DNA of 64,000 nt. Source: the human T2T-CHM13v2.0 reference genome, Homo sapiens. The DNA is taken from the NCBI RefSeq assembly GCF_009914755.1, contig NC_060940.1, one strand, 5' to 3'. This document shows, piece by piece, positions 32,255 through 50,033 of the stretch. The position numbers were made by a program, and so were the translations under genes. The first letter of the stretch is position 1; every line of letters starts with the position of its first letter. Under the pieces are notes generated by a model that searched no databases, had not been told where the DNA came from, and worked only from the letters and a program-made list of their open reading frames with translations.

Positions 32255-32571
32255 CTGCAGTATCTCCCTATCCACAGGGAATATGTTCCAAGATCCCCAG
32301 TGGATGCCTGAAACTGCAGATAGTACAGAACTGTGTATGTATCATGTTTCTTCTTACACAGACATACATACCTATGATAAAGTTCATGAATTAGGCACTG
32401 TAGGAGATTAACAACAATTATTAATAAAATAGAACAATTATAACAATATGCTAGAATAAATGATATATAAATGTGGTCTCTCTCTTAAAATACTGTATTG
32501 TATATAATATTTTCAGACTATGGGTAACTGGAATCACAGAAAGAAAAACCAAGGATAAGAGGGGACTACTG
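32255..32571. mobile_element. MER2 (TcMar-Tigger) element
   Basis: ttccaagatccccagtggatgcctgaaactgcagatagtac...ggataagaggggactactg, flanked by TA. Confidence 0.85.
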
Positions 32572-32898
32572 TATAGGTTCGAGTCATTCAAAAGCGACTA
32601 ACATATACGAAGCACAAATTATGTCCATTGAGAAGTTTTCTGTCTGAAATTAAAGTCCAAAGTATCTTGTGCAAAAGTGTTTCTCAAATTCTTACTTAAA
32701 ATGTCACTTTGTTAACATTCAGCTTTGTTAAATGTAACCATGTAAATTAAAGGGTATAATACATCAACTAATTAACATAATATTATACATTCACTGTAAA
32801 TTATGCAACCAAAGTTCTTTTGGTTGCAATGAAAAAAAAAAAACTAACTTAAACAAAATTAAACCACTACGGGCGTTTAGTGGTTAATGTCTGAAATT

Positions 32899-33264
<366 letters not shown>

Positions 33265-33679
33265 TCATACCATGCTTCTCTTAGTTCTTCCTCATGTATA
33301 AATTGCCTTTATCATCAGCCTGGTTTATTTCATGGTGGAAAAATGGCAGCAGAAATTCCAAGTCTCACATTTACACACTTGCCATATATCATATAGCTCA
33401 GAAATTTTTAATATTAGACCAAATTAGATAGTGTGCCCATTCCTGAACCAAGCACTGTAGTGAGATGCATGGGATTATTCTGATTAGCTGTGGTCAAATA
33501 GGACCCACCAAGGCCTGCATGGTAAGGAGAAGAGAAATGGAATCTGGAAAGGCAAGTACATTTTGTACCACCCTAGGAAAAGCTGGTGTCTAACAGGAGA
33601 TGAATTGTCACAGGGAAAAGAAAAAGTGAATGAGGCTCCAGATACAACTTGGGCAAGCTCAGAGGTCACTGCAGTACCT

Positions 33680-34278
33680 TACTTCCCCGCTAAAACTCTC
33701 CAAAGACTTTTCATAATACTTGAAACAAAATTCCAAACTCTCATCGTGGTCTCTGAGGACCTAGAGAACTTGGCTCCTCTCTCCAAATGCATGCTCCTCT
33801 GGCTCCTGCCGTTCTGACCATCATGCTGCTCCTCAGACCCTCCAAGCAATTTCCCAGTTCCAGGTCTTTGCCCTTGGCAGTCCCCAATCCAAAACGCTCT
33901 TTCCTCAGACTGTCATATTACTTTCTCATTCACTTCATCCAGGTATCTGCCAAATTTCACCTTCCCAACCATTCTGTCTAAAATAACCATCCTTCAGTCT
34001 CCATCCCTTTACTCTCTGCTCCGTTTCTCTTCCCATCCCATATCAATAGCAAATTGACATTGCCTGTATTCATTTATTTTCTCTCTTCTCACTAGAATAG
34101 GAGCTTTGAGCAGCATGCTTTTTTCTGTTTTGTGCGTGACTGTGTGTGTCTCATACTTACTATAAGGTCTCACCCATAGCAAGTGCACAATAGCTGACTG
34201 TTGAGGGTAAATGGATACATGAAAAGACAAATGAATGAAAACGGGTGAATGCATGAATGAATGAACGAATGAAAGAAT
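33680..34278 (+). mobile_element. L2 (L2a-like) 3' part
   Basis: ctaaaactctccaaagact...tatctgccaaatttcacctt...ends in (gaat)n. Confidence 0.8.
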
Positions 34279-34574
34279 TCCAGGAAATTGCTAGGTGAAC
34301 ATGGGTAACAGATGCCAGGGGACTGTTTTTATTCTGTGTGTTTTGTTTTGTTTTGCTTTCACCTCATCGGCTGAAGACAAACACCCTCTCCCAGTCCTGC
34401 ATTCAGAGTTCTAAGAAATGCTCTCTTTTGAAAGATTTATTAAAGTCAAGATAAAATTTAAACTCAAGTAAATAGCTAAGAAGTATGATGGATCCCTCCT
34501 CCTGCTGTCATCTTTTACACTGAATGGAAAATATTTACCAGTGTCTTGGCCTCCCTGCATATATGTGAATTGAA

Positions 34575-34825
34575 TTTTTTTTTTTTTTTTCAGATGGAGT
34601 CTTGCTTGCTCTGTCACCAAGCTGGAGTGCAGTGACAAGATCTCGGCTCACTGCAACCTCGCCTCCCAGGTTCAAACGATTCCCCTGCCTCAGCCTCCTG
34701 CCGTAGCTGGGACTACAGGTGCACGCCACCACTCCCGGCTAATTTTTTTGTATTTTAGTAGATGGGGTTTCACCATGTTGGCCAGAAAGCTGACCTCGTG
34801 ATCCCCCTGCCTCGGCCTCCCAAAC
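34575..34825 (-). mobile_element. Alu, 5'-truncated
   Basis: Reverse Alu ending at ctcggcctcccaaa. Confidence 0.92.
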
Positions 34826-36749
34826 TTTTAAAATCCAGGCAGACAAGCCCATTATAGACTGGTTTGCACCCAGTATCACAATTAAATCTTGGTTTCCTTC
34901 TTTCTTTCTACCTTTTATTTCCTTCCTTCTGCCTAGTCAGAATTACTAAGATTCCCTTGCTGGGGATTTTGCTCAATCCTCTGTAGAGTTAATATGTATG
35001 GGTCCTCCTCAGGGGTGCACGATGTCTCAAGGGACTCATTCCAGAACTAATTTAGAGGGAGTTGATGGTTCTGCATTTGAGCTTTTGACGATTCTTATAA
35101 ACATTTTCCCAGGAAAGACTAGCTTCTCCCCTTTATTCTTCTGCCTGTTTTATTATTGGCAATGCCAAACATAGATCCCTGTGCTAATGACAATAATAAT
35201 AATTAGTATTGATGACAACATTAACATTTTCAGAAAGGTTTTGTAGTTTATAAAATTAATTTCCATCAGTCACACTTTCATGATGAATTAACTCTAAAGA
35301 CAAGCAAATGTCTCCTACCCACAAGGGAGAGATCTTTGTACCAGCTTCGCAGCATTGGAAGACGTCCTCGGACCGCATGAAAACACAACTGACCCCTTTT
35401 CTTTCCCCTGAGAAGCCAGAGAATCAGAAGATCGGGTGCTAAAGCCAGAGAGGTCATCTTGATACTGATCCTACCACTAACTGAGCCTCGGAAGGTCATT
35501 CTTCTCTCTGAAATCTTTTTCTCATGTGAAAATAGAAATAACACTACTACTTATTTCACAGAGATGTTGTGACAATAATATAAGATGGTGCATGTGAAAA
35601 TCCTTAACATACCACCTAGATCAGAATAAGTGCTGTGGTAGCAATTATCATTATTGACTTATTCAATATATATTTATTAAGTGTCTACACTATGCTGGGT
35701 GCTGGTGCACAAAAGTAAAATGGACAAGGTTCCTGGAATTCATCATCATCTTCATCAATCATGATCACCTTATTATTAATAACCACAAAGAACCTAGAAG
35801 GTGTAGTGGAAGCAATGCACCTAGGTGTGGGAGAAAGAAAAACTGTGCTTCTGTCATGCCTTTGCCATGAGCCAGACAGCAAAACATTAACCCTGTCTCT
35901 TTGGGGCCTCAATTTCCTCATCTGTAACATAACACAGAGAAGTAATTTATTTTGATTTTGTAAAACCAGTTGAAAATACGTTGTTACAACTAATAATATA
36001 TTTTATCATTTTGAGGCAAATTTTATAAATTATTAAAAACATAAAAAAGAGAAATTAGACTTTGATCTAATTTAAAGCAGACTCATTATCATCACTCATT
36101 TGCCGTCTAATCTTTCTTAAGTGGAAGAAAAGGGTTGGAGCTACCACTTACATCCTAGGGAGTGTGATGATATTGCAAAAGCACCCAGAAGCCTGCTTTG
36201 TACAAAGGAGAAAAATAATTACAAGTTAATGGCCTAAGTGATCTCCAGCATCCCTGCCTGCTCTGACATCATGAAATACAATTCCAGATTATTGTAACCA
36301 ACACCATCAATCTGCAGATTTAAAAAAAAAAAAGGAGAATCAGAAAAGTTAAGAATCTTAACAAAGATTACAACCATATGCAGGAGCAAGCTAGGATTAA
36401 AACCCAATGTCTTAAATCTTAGTTTGGGTCCTATTTCCACTACCTCATAAAAACTCGGATGAAGGCAGGGAATGTGGCTTGCCTGAGAATTACATCCACG
36501 CCCATCTGGACCCAGTTTTCTATTATTTTTATTAGGAAACACATTCTTCATGCCCTCATACCCACAAACCTCTCTGTAGACATCAATTCCTGACTGTTCT
36601 GAGCAGCAACTAACCAAGCAAAGAGCCAAATGTCCCTGTGACTTGGTTAACTGAAGATGGACCGCATGCCTGAGTGAAGAACAGTTTCCCAAAGAGGCTT
36701 GGATTTCTGCCAAGGGACAACTTGAGTAAAGAGTCGTTTTTATTTATTC

Positions 36750-39790
<3,041 letters not shown>

Positions 39791-41129
39791 TAGAATGGAA
39801 TTCATTGAAGGTAAATAAGACCATTAAATCTCTCAAACATATCTCCAAGTAGTTAGAATTTACAAACCCCAAATTTATTTTTAAAGCAAATATTGAAACC
39901 CCCAGTATGACTAAGAAAAAGAAAGCAGATTGGAACCAAATACTTTACTACGTTAAATGACACATTGGAAATTTTCAAGACAATTTCTTAAGCAAGTAAT
40001 ACGGGTTCCATCCGGCTCCATCATTTGCCATTCACTTGACAAATGTCATAACGCCACTGCACACCCCACCAGAGCAAATATTTTCTTCCAACCTTAAAAT
40101 AACATCTACAAATTAATTCAGTCTGTCAAGGGGAACTCTCCTTGGGTAATTCAGGAAGTTTTTGCCTTTGGGTAAGGCACTCTAGGCACAAACAACTCAA
40201 ATTCTCACCTGTAAGTTGAACCAAGAAGGAGGTTTATGATCTACAGCTACATGAAATGATCACTTAGTCGCAGATGACTATGTACCAGACACACCCAGCT
40301 GTAATTTTGAAAGCCAAGTTCATTTTACTTTGTTTTGAGAAAATGTGGGCAAAAGATTAGAGGCGCCTCTCCAATCTTGGGAAGCCTCTAGTCATGGAAA
40401 ATCATATCCCAGCAGTGCTTTATATGATTTCACCTGCAGCTTTAAGTAAGAATGTTTGACCAGTAATGCTGTAAGCATATAGGATAAGAGAGACCTATGT
40501 TGTACACACTTCCAGTTGTGCTAACTCAGGTATGAAGATCTCTGGAGGTGAGCTATCAAAACTCCCTGTTATTGCTCATTCTAATATCTGCCAATCTTAA
40601 TAATCATCAAGTTCTTGTTTTGGAAATAAATACACATAATGATGATTATGATAAAAATAATAAAAATGAGTACAAGACAACCTGGGATAAAATACTTTAA
40701 AAAGCCCTGGAGGTAACATGGATAAATAAACCAACCCAGGTGGTGACTAAGGTGTACTGCGCAGAGATGACAGTCACTTCCAGCTTCCAGTTGATCATTA
40801 GCAGGTCAGGATATGGGATTATTATCACTAACTCCATCTTTTTCATGGTAAACAAAAAATATAATTTTTGTGAAATCTGATGATAGTGTTTAAACATTGG
40901 GACTTTACTTTTGGAAACAGGAAAAACACTCTAAGTTTAAAAAAAAAAAACATGCACACAACACAGGTCAATTTGCAGCCTCTGAAAGTCGTAACGTGGG
41001 GTTTGGAACCAAAGGAAACTGGATTTAACTTCTGGCTCCATTTTACATTACCTGTGTGGCTCTTTTCAAGTTCTATAACTTCTCTAGTCCTGTTTACTTA
41101 TCTGTAATATGAATCATGATTTTTAATTG

Positions 41130-41635
41130 ACCTGCTGGTACTCTAGCATTCATTTACCTCTTTCTCATTGTTAACAGAACTCAAATTTTATTGAGACTTC
41201 ATGCCTCCTGTAAGAATCTATGGAACTCAAGGGAAGTTTACCCCATTCCCAGCTCCAGGAGTAGGTCTGGTTTGATTTAACCTATTTGCCTTCTCTGTGA
41301 CTGGGTCAGGAGTTTGGAGTTAAGCCAGTCAGTACCTGGCATTTTCAAAATCACCATTATTGGCCCAAGATGGGTACATGACCTAATTTGGCCACAAAGA
41401 AGTCTTCCCAGGTGTTACCAGCAAACTTGAGGTAACGAGGAAGTCAGTTAGAGAAAAAAAATCACACTGCCCAAAAAGCAGAGTCAAGAGATCATAGAGA
41501 AAAGAACTAGAAGCTTGATTATATTGCACCTGAAGTCCAAACTTCTTCTGGAATTTTTGTTACGGGAACTAATTCAATCACATAACTTTGAGTTAACTTG
41601 ATTGCTACCTGCAGTAAAAACATCCTAACTCACAT
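41130..41635 (+). mobile_element. MLT1-type LTR splitting a MIR
   Basis: ttgttaacagaactcaaatttta...gattgctacctgcagtaaaaacatcctaact. MIR halves lie at about 40985-41110 and 41640-41700. Confidence 0.6.
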
Positions 41636-42548
41636 CTAAGGATGAAAGATAATATATTTAAACAGATTGACACATAGGAGGAAGTCAATACATGGTAGGT
41701 CTTACCCTTAGAGTACTTTCACGTTTAAAAATATATATGCTTAGATAATATAACCTATGAAACTTGAAGTTTCCCCACTCACCCTCACATACATAATGAT
41801 GCGTTGATTAAATTAAATTGTTTAAACTTCCTCTTATTAATAGTGATGGAAATGAAAAGGAAATGAGCACATTTCTCAGGAGAGCTATTTTCTATCACAT
41901 GGAAAACTGGGCAGTGTGGATTTACTCTTTGTGTTTGGCCAAGACTTAACCAAATGAAGCAGATCCTCAGGAAGCTGACTGTGGGGATTTGGACAATGGT
42001 ACACCAGACACCAGCAGATCTGCCAGTTCATTTACCCAACTTTGAGGCCCATGTAGAAATGTGGCTGGCCTCCCATGCCCACGCAGAACACAGCTAGCAC
42101 CATCACGCTGGACCGTGACTCCTCCATCCCTAAGATTCATGCCAGGATTTGAGGCACCAGGAACCTGGACGGGGGCTCATTCACACCTGCAGGCAGGCAG
42201 CATCCACATGGAAGCAAGAGGTGAGAGAAGCAAAGAAGCAAGGAGACAAAGGCAGAGAACAGGTGGAGAGGCCCGTTCTGCCTCTCTTGCTCCCACCTGG
42301 AAGGGATGATCAGGAGAGCTTTTGGCCTATATATAGATAGAGGTGCATAGACAGATACTCTTTCAGGAAAGCAAACCAACGATAGCTCATAAGTTAATCG
42401 GTCGTGAGCACCTGCCCCTTTATACTTTGCTGCATGCTTCTCCCTTTTGGTAGAAAGGATTTTTAACTTTGTCTTTTTGTACAATATCAGATGTTGCCCA
42501 AATCGTGTCCAGAATGAAACAAAAACAGAGGTTTTCCCCCTGCCTGAA

Positions 42549-42828
42549 CTATCACTCCCTCATCTCTCCAGACCCCAAAAGCTCCATCGCCTCCTCATCT
42601 CTCCAGATCCAAAGTTCCATCACTCGTCACTTACTCATCTGTCCAGACCAAAGCTCTATCACCTCCTCATCTCTCCAGACTCAAAGCCCCATCACCTCCT
42701 CATCTGTCCAGATCTAAAGTTCCATTACCTTCTTATCTCTCCAGACCCAATGCTCCACCACCCATCACCTCCCTCATCCGTCGAGACCCAAAGCTTCATC
42801 ACTTCCTTATCTCTCCAAAGCCAAAACT
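42549..42828. repeat. Minisatellite, about 8 copies of a 33-bp unit (ccatcacctcctcatctctccagacccaaagct)
   Basis: Units aligned by eye. The 11-aa periodicity in ORF 42447-42857 reflects the repeat. Confidence 0.9.
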
Positions 42829-43139
42829 TGACTTGTCATACTTTCTCAATGTACTGATTAAATAAAACTGCTGGTAGGATTAACTCTGCAAGGATGCACC
42901 CAACCCAGATATATTCACCATAGCCATAGATTACACATTTTTGGAAGGCCTACTACGATGTCTATCATGGAGCAAACACTGTGCAGACGCCCACCAGGCA
43001 TCAAAACAAAATCAACATTGGGAACAGAGTCTCCATGTGGGAAGAGCACCTGGAATTTACAGCGTAACTCTTTCTCTCCAACATTCTCCTTTCCCTTGGA
43101 GGATTATTTACCAATTAATGTTAAAGTTCCTCATGGTTT

Positions 43140-43680
43140 AAACCCAGGCCCTCCTGAGTCATCATTCTCCCCTGCAAGACCTTGCCCAGTCGTAGGGCTT
43201 TGACTGCCATCAATAAGCTCAAATCCTGTGTATTGCATTTTCGGTTTGTACTCAGACTCTTCTCTCTGATTGCCTACTGAGATTCCACTTGGATATCTCA
43301 AAAGTATGTCTAATTTAACATGTCTAAAATTGGATGTCCCTGACTCTCTGTTCCCCAACATTTCTTTCCTCATTTCTTCTGTTTAGTAAAAGACACCACC
43401 ATCTACTCAGCTATACAAGAGGAAAATTATTATTATAGCTCTTTTAACACCTCATATTCATCTGTCAAGTCTTGTCAATTTTATAGCCCAAATATGCATT
43501 AAGCCTGCCCACTTCTCTCTGAATCCACAGCTATTACTGTAATGCAAGTCACCACTTCCTCTTTCCTAGACCTGTGCTATGATCTCCCAACCAGCCTATG
43601 TTTCTACACATTAAAGCCTCCCAGCCCCAGTATACACTCTGTTAGCAGGCATCAGAGTAATAGAGATGGGGCTTAATTTG
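43140..43680 (+). mobile_element. L2 fragment
   Basis: gcctactgagattccacttggatatctcaaaag...aacatgtctaaaattgg...caccaccatctactcag. Confidence 0.75.
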
Positions 43681-45727
43681 CTTTGTTTTTTCACAAAAGA
43701 GAGTGGCAACAAATAATTAGCACATGTCACCAAATTACTAAATTTCAAAATGAAAACTTCTCTAGTATTCATCCCTGGAGGAAATAGATCAATGTGCCTT
43801 TTTGTTCGGCATTCTGGTTCCAAAATCCTAAGACTTACATCTGGCCTAAGGCAAATGTGAACAATATTTGTGCTTTATGTGTGACCCCAAAACAACCCAA
43901 ACCACCTTTCCCTCAAGGTAAAGGCACGGCCAACTTCTGGTCCTCCCAAGCTGCCAGCATCAGGTTTCTACCATTTGTCGAGCTATTCATTGGGTGCCAA
44001 TTGGAAATGATTGACTTGCATTGCAGGGCTGGCATACGGTTCTTTTGACTTCCAGCCATAAAAGGGAGGGCTGTGTTCCAGGAGAGATGCCACAAACAGA
44101 GATGATGCTGAAGAGAGGCTGTTGACTTAGTGCTCAGGCTGAACACCCAGCAAGCTCAGCCCACTCTCATGGGTCCATCAGGCCTAGATCAAGCTGTGCC
44201 TCTAGTCCAGGAGAGGAGGAGAATTAACACCTGTAGAGTGCCGACTATATCCTAGATGCTTGACTAAGCACAATACCTGCATTTAAGTGGTATCATCCTC
44301 CCTATTCTTGGAATTTTCTCTGTTTACAATCAAGGAAATGGAGGCTCAAAGAAGTTAAGGAACTCTCCCAGAATAACCCAGATAATAAGAGGGTTTGAAC
44401 ACAGCACTGTCTAAGTCTACATTCCACAAAGTCACATAGCTTTGGGAAAAATGATTTGTGTTCCTCTGGATTCTCTCACCTCGTATCTCTTGCTGATTTA
44501 CTTTGAGACTCAGCTGTTTTTCCCACTTCTGAGTTCAGAGTCCCAATCAGATGTACAGCAAAGGCCCACAGGACAGCTTGGCCTCTGAGGTGCCTGATTT
44601 CACTGCGAGAAGTGTTTGTTGAGCATATGGTGATCTCCCAGATAAATATTTGCAAAGAGTTAATCACATTCACCTAGGGAAGTTTTAACTCTGGTCAAGC
44701 TCAGAGAATTAACTGAGCAGGCATTTCTATTGGCATTACAAAAAACCAACAGTGATCATTCTGATTACTAAATAAAAATATGTCAACCAGGTTTAGCACA
44801 GTCTCTTAATGGGTCATTAAACCAAGAATTTTTCCTATGTTATTTTAGAAATGAAGATTTAAAGTAGTATCAATGTAACTTAGACATGAATAAAACTCTT
44901 TCTCACATATATATCTTCCTTCTATTTCCCTTTCTGCAGGGGTAATAATTTACAATGTTGTTGGTTTTTAAAGCTGAAGCCTGACTTCATAACTCAAGAA
45001 GTCAATCCAAAACACATAAATGGTCATGCCAGGTGTCATCAATGAAGGCCAAATAACTTCCCTTCAATACTAATTCATAACTCTCCTGGGATAAGACTTT
45101 TTTTGCCCCCTCATTTGTGCTATAGATCTACTTGAGCTCTTCTACTTGATTTCCAGTGCAGTAACTTCTCCATGTCCTACTTCCCTAACTAAAATGGGAA
45201 CCACACAGAACATACAGTTGTAATTCAGTAATTAAAGAATAGAACTGAAATGCACTTCCATTGCTTGCTTTCCTAGCTTACTCAGAGCTTGCAGTGTAAC
45301 AAGTATAAAGTTATAATAATGATGATGATGACCACAATAATAAGAAAAATAAAATTATAATAATGATCTGATAGTTATTTGTAAAATGCCTTCTCCATGC
45401 CTGGCACCATGCTAAATGTATATACTTTAAGATGTTACAAGAAGAAGAGATGTCTATCTTACACACACACCCTCTTTAGGAAAACTCCTGGGTTCACAGT
45501 TGTTAATAACTTATACTTGGTAAATATGTGGTAAATTCATAGTCAAGTCTGTCATACTACCTAGACCATGAAGTTTTCTTGATGCCACACTGCCCTCTTC
45601 CCAATGGCCATATTTCTCCCAAGGTAATCCTTTGGTAAGAGGGTTTTGGTCTGAAAAACATCCACCCTCTCCCTTCTATGACCTCCTCTTCAGTAAGTGT
45701 AAAATGTGTCCCCTCCGCTGTGGAATA

Positions 45728-45885
45728 AGAAACACATATATGCATGCAGAGAGAAAGACACACACACACGCACACAAAAATGCAGGTAAACGTGTGCACA
45801 TGTGTGTATATACATACCCATGTACATATATGTGTGCAAAAACACCTGTAGACATTCACAAACACACAGCACTCACAGCACAAAC
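45728..45885. repeat. Degenerate (CA/TA)n alternating purine-pyrimidine tract
   Basis: acacatatatgcatgca...gtgtgcacatgtgtgtatatacatac is directly visible. Confidence 0.75.
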
Positions 45886-46343
45886 TTAATGCTTTGCATT
45901 TCATAAAACCACAGGCTAAAATGTGATATGAATTTCACCTGGGTCTATATGCTTGAACCAAGCCCCAAATAGGCATTAGTGGCTAGAGCTTTAAGCACCA
46001 GAGGAAATAAATAAAAGCTACCAAAAAGCAGCTTGGAAAATAATCACAGAGCATTGAGTCACCCAGATCCTACTCCTCTTGTTAGGTGCTGTGCTTTAGC
46101 ATAAGGACATTTTTCTTTCTCCTATACCTCCAACTTGGGAGGCTGGGCCTCTACTATGGAATATTCCACTGGCCCCCAAACCTCAGAGCAAACAATAGAT
46201 GAATGACAGCCCTGCCCCGCCTGATAATCACATGATGGCCTTTTTGTGTCTCTCCAACTATGAATAATTGGTGCTTAGCTTATGTAAGACACCAAAGACA
46301 TTTTTTGAATGAACAAATGGTAATATCATGGGCTATGGCATGA

Positions 46344-46691
<348 letters not shown>

Positions 46692-48407
46692 TAATAACTT
46701 TAGATCTACAAGTTTCATCCATAGTAGTAACCATTTACAGACTGCTTTTCCATACGCCACACACTGGTCTAAGATGCAAATGCTTTTCTTGTCCCCATAT
46801 TACACCTGAGGGAGCCGACGTGGAGTTCAGTGACTCACCCAAGGTCCGAAGTCTAAAAAAGTACAGATTAGGTTCGAACCCATGCAACCTGGCCCCAGTG
46901 CCCATGCTCTTAACCGTGATGCCACTGCCTCCCAGGGGGCCCTGGCCACTCCTGAACTGGACAGATTCTTGTGATGGAACCGGACACAACAGCCGGGATT
47001 CCACCAGCCAAACAGGTCATGGTTTACCTTCACAATTTTGGGAGTTAACAGTGACATGGTCTGTGCTTGGTGAAGGAACAGATGTTTAATAACTGTGCAG
47101 TAGCAAGGAGGTTATATAACATGGCTGAGCTATTTTTAAACTTTGGAAAATGCTGACTGCTCTTTTCAAAGTGTCTTCTGTAAAATCAGGAATATTAAAC
47201 ATGAAGAAAATGTCCCCCTTTCCTGTACTTTTTTTTGCCTGAAACTCTATGTACAGAAACGGTTGGGGGTAAGGTCATGAACATACCTTCCCTTGCAAGC
47301 AGCCCCTGGTACCACGCCCAGCCCATGAGCAACAATATCCTAACTGCACCAGCTCTTTGCCTGAGATTATAAATAAAGTCCATGAGGACCACCAAGTGGC
47401 ATGTCTAGCTGGCCCCATGACTTTGTTCTCAACCAGTCAAATCTGGATCCCAGATCCCCTCAGTAACTCACCACGAAGATATCAGGTATGACCTCATCTG
47501 AACTTCTTCTGGAGCTATTTGCAACCTCCCTGCTACATAGGAGGAATAGTGAGAGCTATTTGTTTATCAGATGCTTTGCAGAGTAAGACCTTAATCCAGC
47601 TGCAAATGTAATTTTTAAGCTTGAAGTGAAGAACTCCTAACTCCAGAGTCCTGGGCTTCTATTGAACAAGCTGGTAGATCTAACACAGGCTACAGATAGG
47701 TCTGTTCTCTGCTTTCAGCTATCCAGACTGAAAAATATCTTACTATAAAAAAACCTAAATGTCCATCAAAGAGGAATTATGTAAGTGTAAAGATGGAACA
47801 CTTATACAACAGAATATCATCAATAAAATAAATGCAATTGAATTATCTTCATAGAGGGATTTTGAAAACATAAGGTTGAGGTAAAGGAAGTTCTAACACA
47901 TTAGACACCATTTTTGTACGTTAGACAGAAGTATGCATTGGGAATACGGTTGCACATGTATGTGTATTGAAAGTACGAACACATGTACATGGATTTGGAT
48001 GTAAACCAAACTGATTATCATGTTTTCCCTTCTATGGAGAGAACAGGAGAAAACTGGGACAGGGAAACAGATAGAATCAGAACTTCTACATTATCATTAA
48101 TGTTTTATTGCTTTCAAAATGTTGAAACAAACATTAACCTTTGGCAGGTTTAGCTTTGTTCCCTATGATGAATATCGGGTTGAGTATTTTATCAGATTCT
48201 GTTGTTTTCTGTACTATTCTTTTTTCAATATTAAAAAAAGAATTCTTATTCCTAAGTTTGTCTTTAGATAAATTTCCCCCACCTTGATCAGACTGTATGG
48301 TGTTTGAGGAGAGAAATTATATCTTAATTCATCTATGTATCCCAGGGGCTAGCACAGAGTCTGTTGGTTGGAAGCAATGATAGACAGAGGATAGAATATA
48401 GTGCCTT

Positions 48408-48684
48408 GACCAGGTGTGGTGGCTCATGCCTGTAATCCCAGCACTTTGGGAGGCCAAGGCGGGTGGATCACCTGAGGTCACCAGTTTGAGACCAGCCTAG
48501 ACAACATGGTGAAACCTCGTCTCTACTAAAAATACAAAAATTAGCCAAATGTGGTAGTGCGCACCTGTAGTCCCAGTTACTTAGGAGGGTGGGGCGGGAG
48601 AATTGCTTAATCCAGGAGGCAGAGGTTGTAGTGAGCCGAGATTGTGCCACAGCACTCCAGTCTGGGAGACAGAGCGAGACTCTG

Positions 48685-48719
<35 letters not shown>
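48408..48719 (+). mobile_element. Alu (AluSx-like) with A32 tail
   Basis: Forward dimer. Confidence 0.95.
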
Positions 48720-48721
<2 letters not shown>

Positions 48722-49525
48722 AGATATAATCCTTTTTGTTTTTTTGTTTTTAAATGCTTTCTTTGGCCTTTCTCTAGCTCCCTGTCAAGGGCAGCCTGGC
48801 AGGTTTCCACTATTCCCTGGGGTGGGCGTCAGGGACCGTGGGAGAGTGTGGGAAGGAGAGACTGCTTGTGCCTTATCCAAACTTACACACTGGGTGGACA
48901 CCACCAGCCCTGCATGGATGGAGAGATGTTTCATTAAACACCAAGCAGTGGATGGCGACTTACCACGCTTGATGCATTGCTTCTCTGGGGCTGAAATACC
49001 ATTTACAAAATTACTGTGTTTAAAGGCGTAACTTTGGGAAATTGCGCAACAGCATTTCACAGCAGCAGAATTTTTTAAAAAAAGCATAGAATCCAGGGTG
49101 GTCACTGGAAAGGGATCTAAATGTCTTGCCAATTATCCTTCTAGAATTCCTTTTCCTGTATATGTTATATTTCAATTGCCCTAAAATTGATTTATGTTTC
49201 CATCAAAATTATATGTTTCTGAATATTCCAGCTGCAGGGCACATATTATGATGGAAGTGAGAATTCATTAGCCTCGTTTGTGTCTTTGGGCTGGCAGCAA
49301 TCCTGCCTCTGTAAGAGACTCCCATGTCTCATGCTGATTTATCTGAGTTCCTTCCTGATATCTGGACAATTATTTAAAATGCTGAAAGTGGCAGTGTAGA
49401 AACAGGATTACTAAAGAGAGTAAAAGGACAGAGGACGGAGAAATGTCAAAGGAGCATGATTTCTTAATTCAAGGTTCATTTTTCAGATTTATGTTAATTG
49501 TAAGAAGTATATTCTGTCTACTTCA

Positions 49526-49526
<1 letters not shown>

Positions 49527-49575
<49 letters not shown>
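49527..49575. repeat. (CA)24 perfect microsatellite
   Basis: Counted directly. Confidence 0.97.
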
Positions 49576-49577
<2 letters not shown>

Positions 49578-49707
49578 CTCCAGCCCCAGTTCAGAGATAA
49601 CCTCTGAACTGTAGCAGATTCAAAGTCCTAAAGCCTTCCAGAAATATTTCAGAGTGACATAGTACCCTGCTGGTAATAAACCAACATGGTTTGTTGACTG
49701 TATTTCC

Positions 49708-50033
<326 letters not shown>

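Noticed and set aside
36234-36713. 159-aa minus-strand ORF
   Set aside because: It has a non-ATG start, partly overlaps a MIR, and shows no recognisable homology or exon structure.
42549-42828. CRISPR-like array or repeat protein (ORF 42447-42857)
   Set aside because: The units are contiguous with no unique spacers, there are no cas genes, and the context is a primate intron. The ORF shifts frame relative to the unit.
49527-49575. The known GRIN2A promoter (GT)n polymorphism
   Set aside because: That repeat is in the 5' regulatory region. This one is downstream of coding exon 2.
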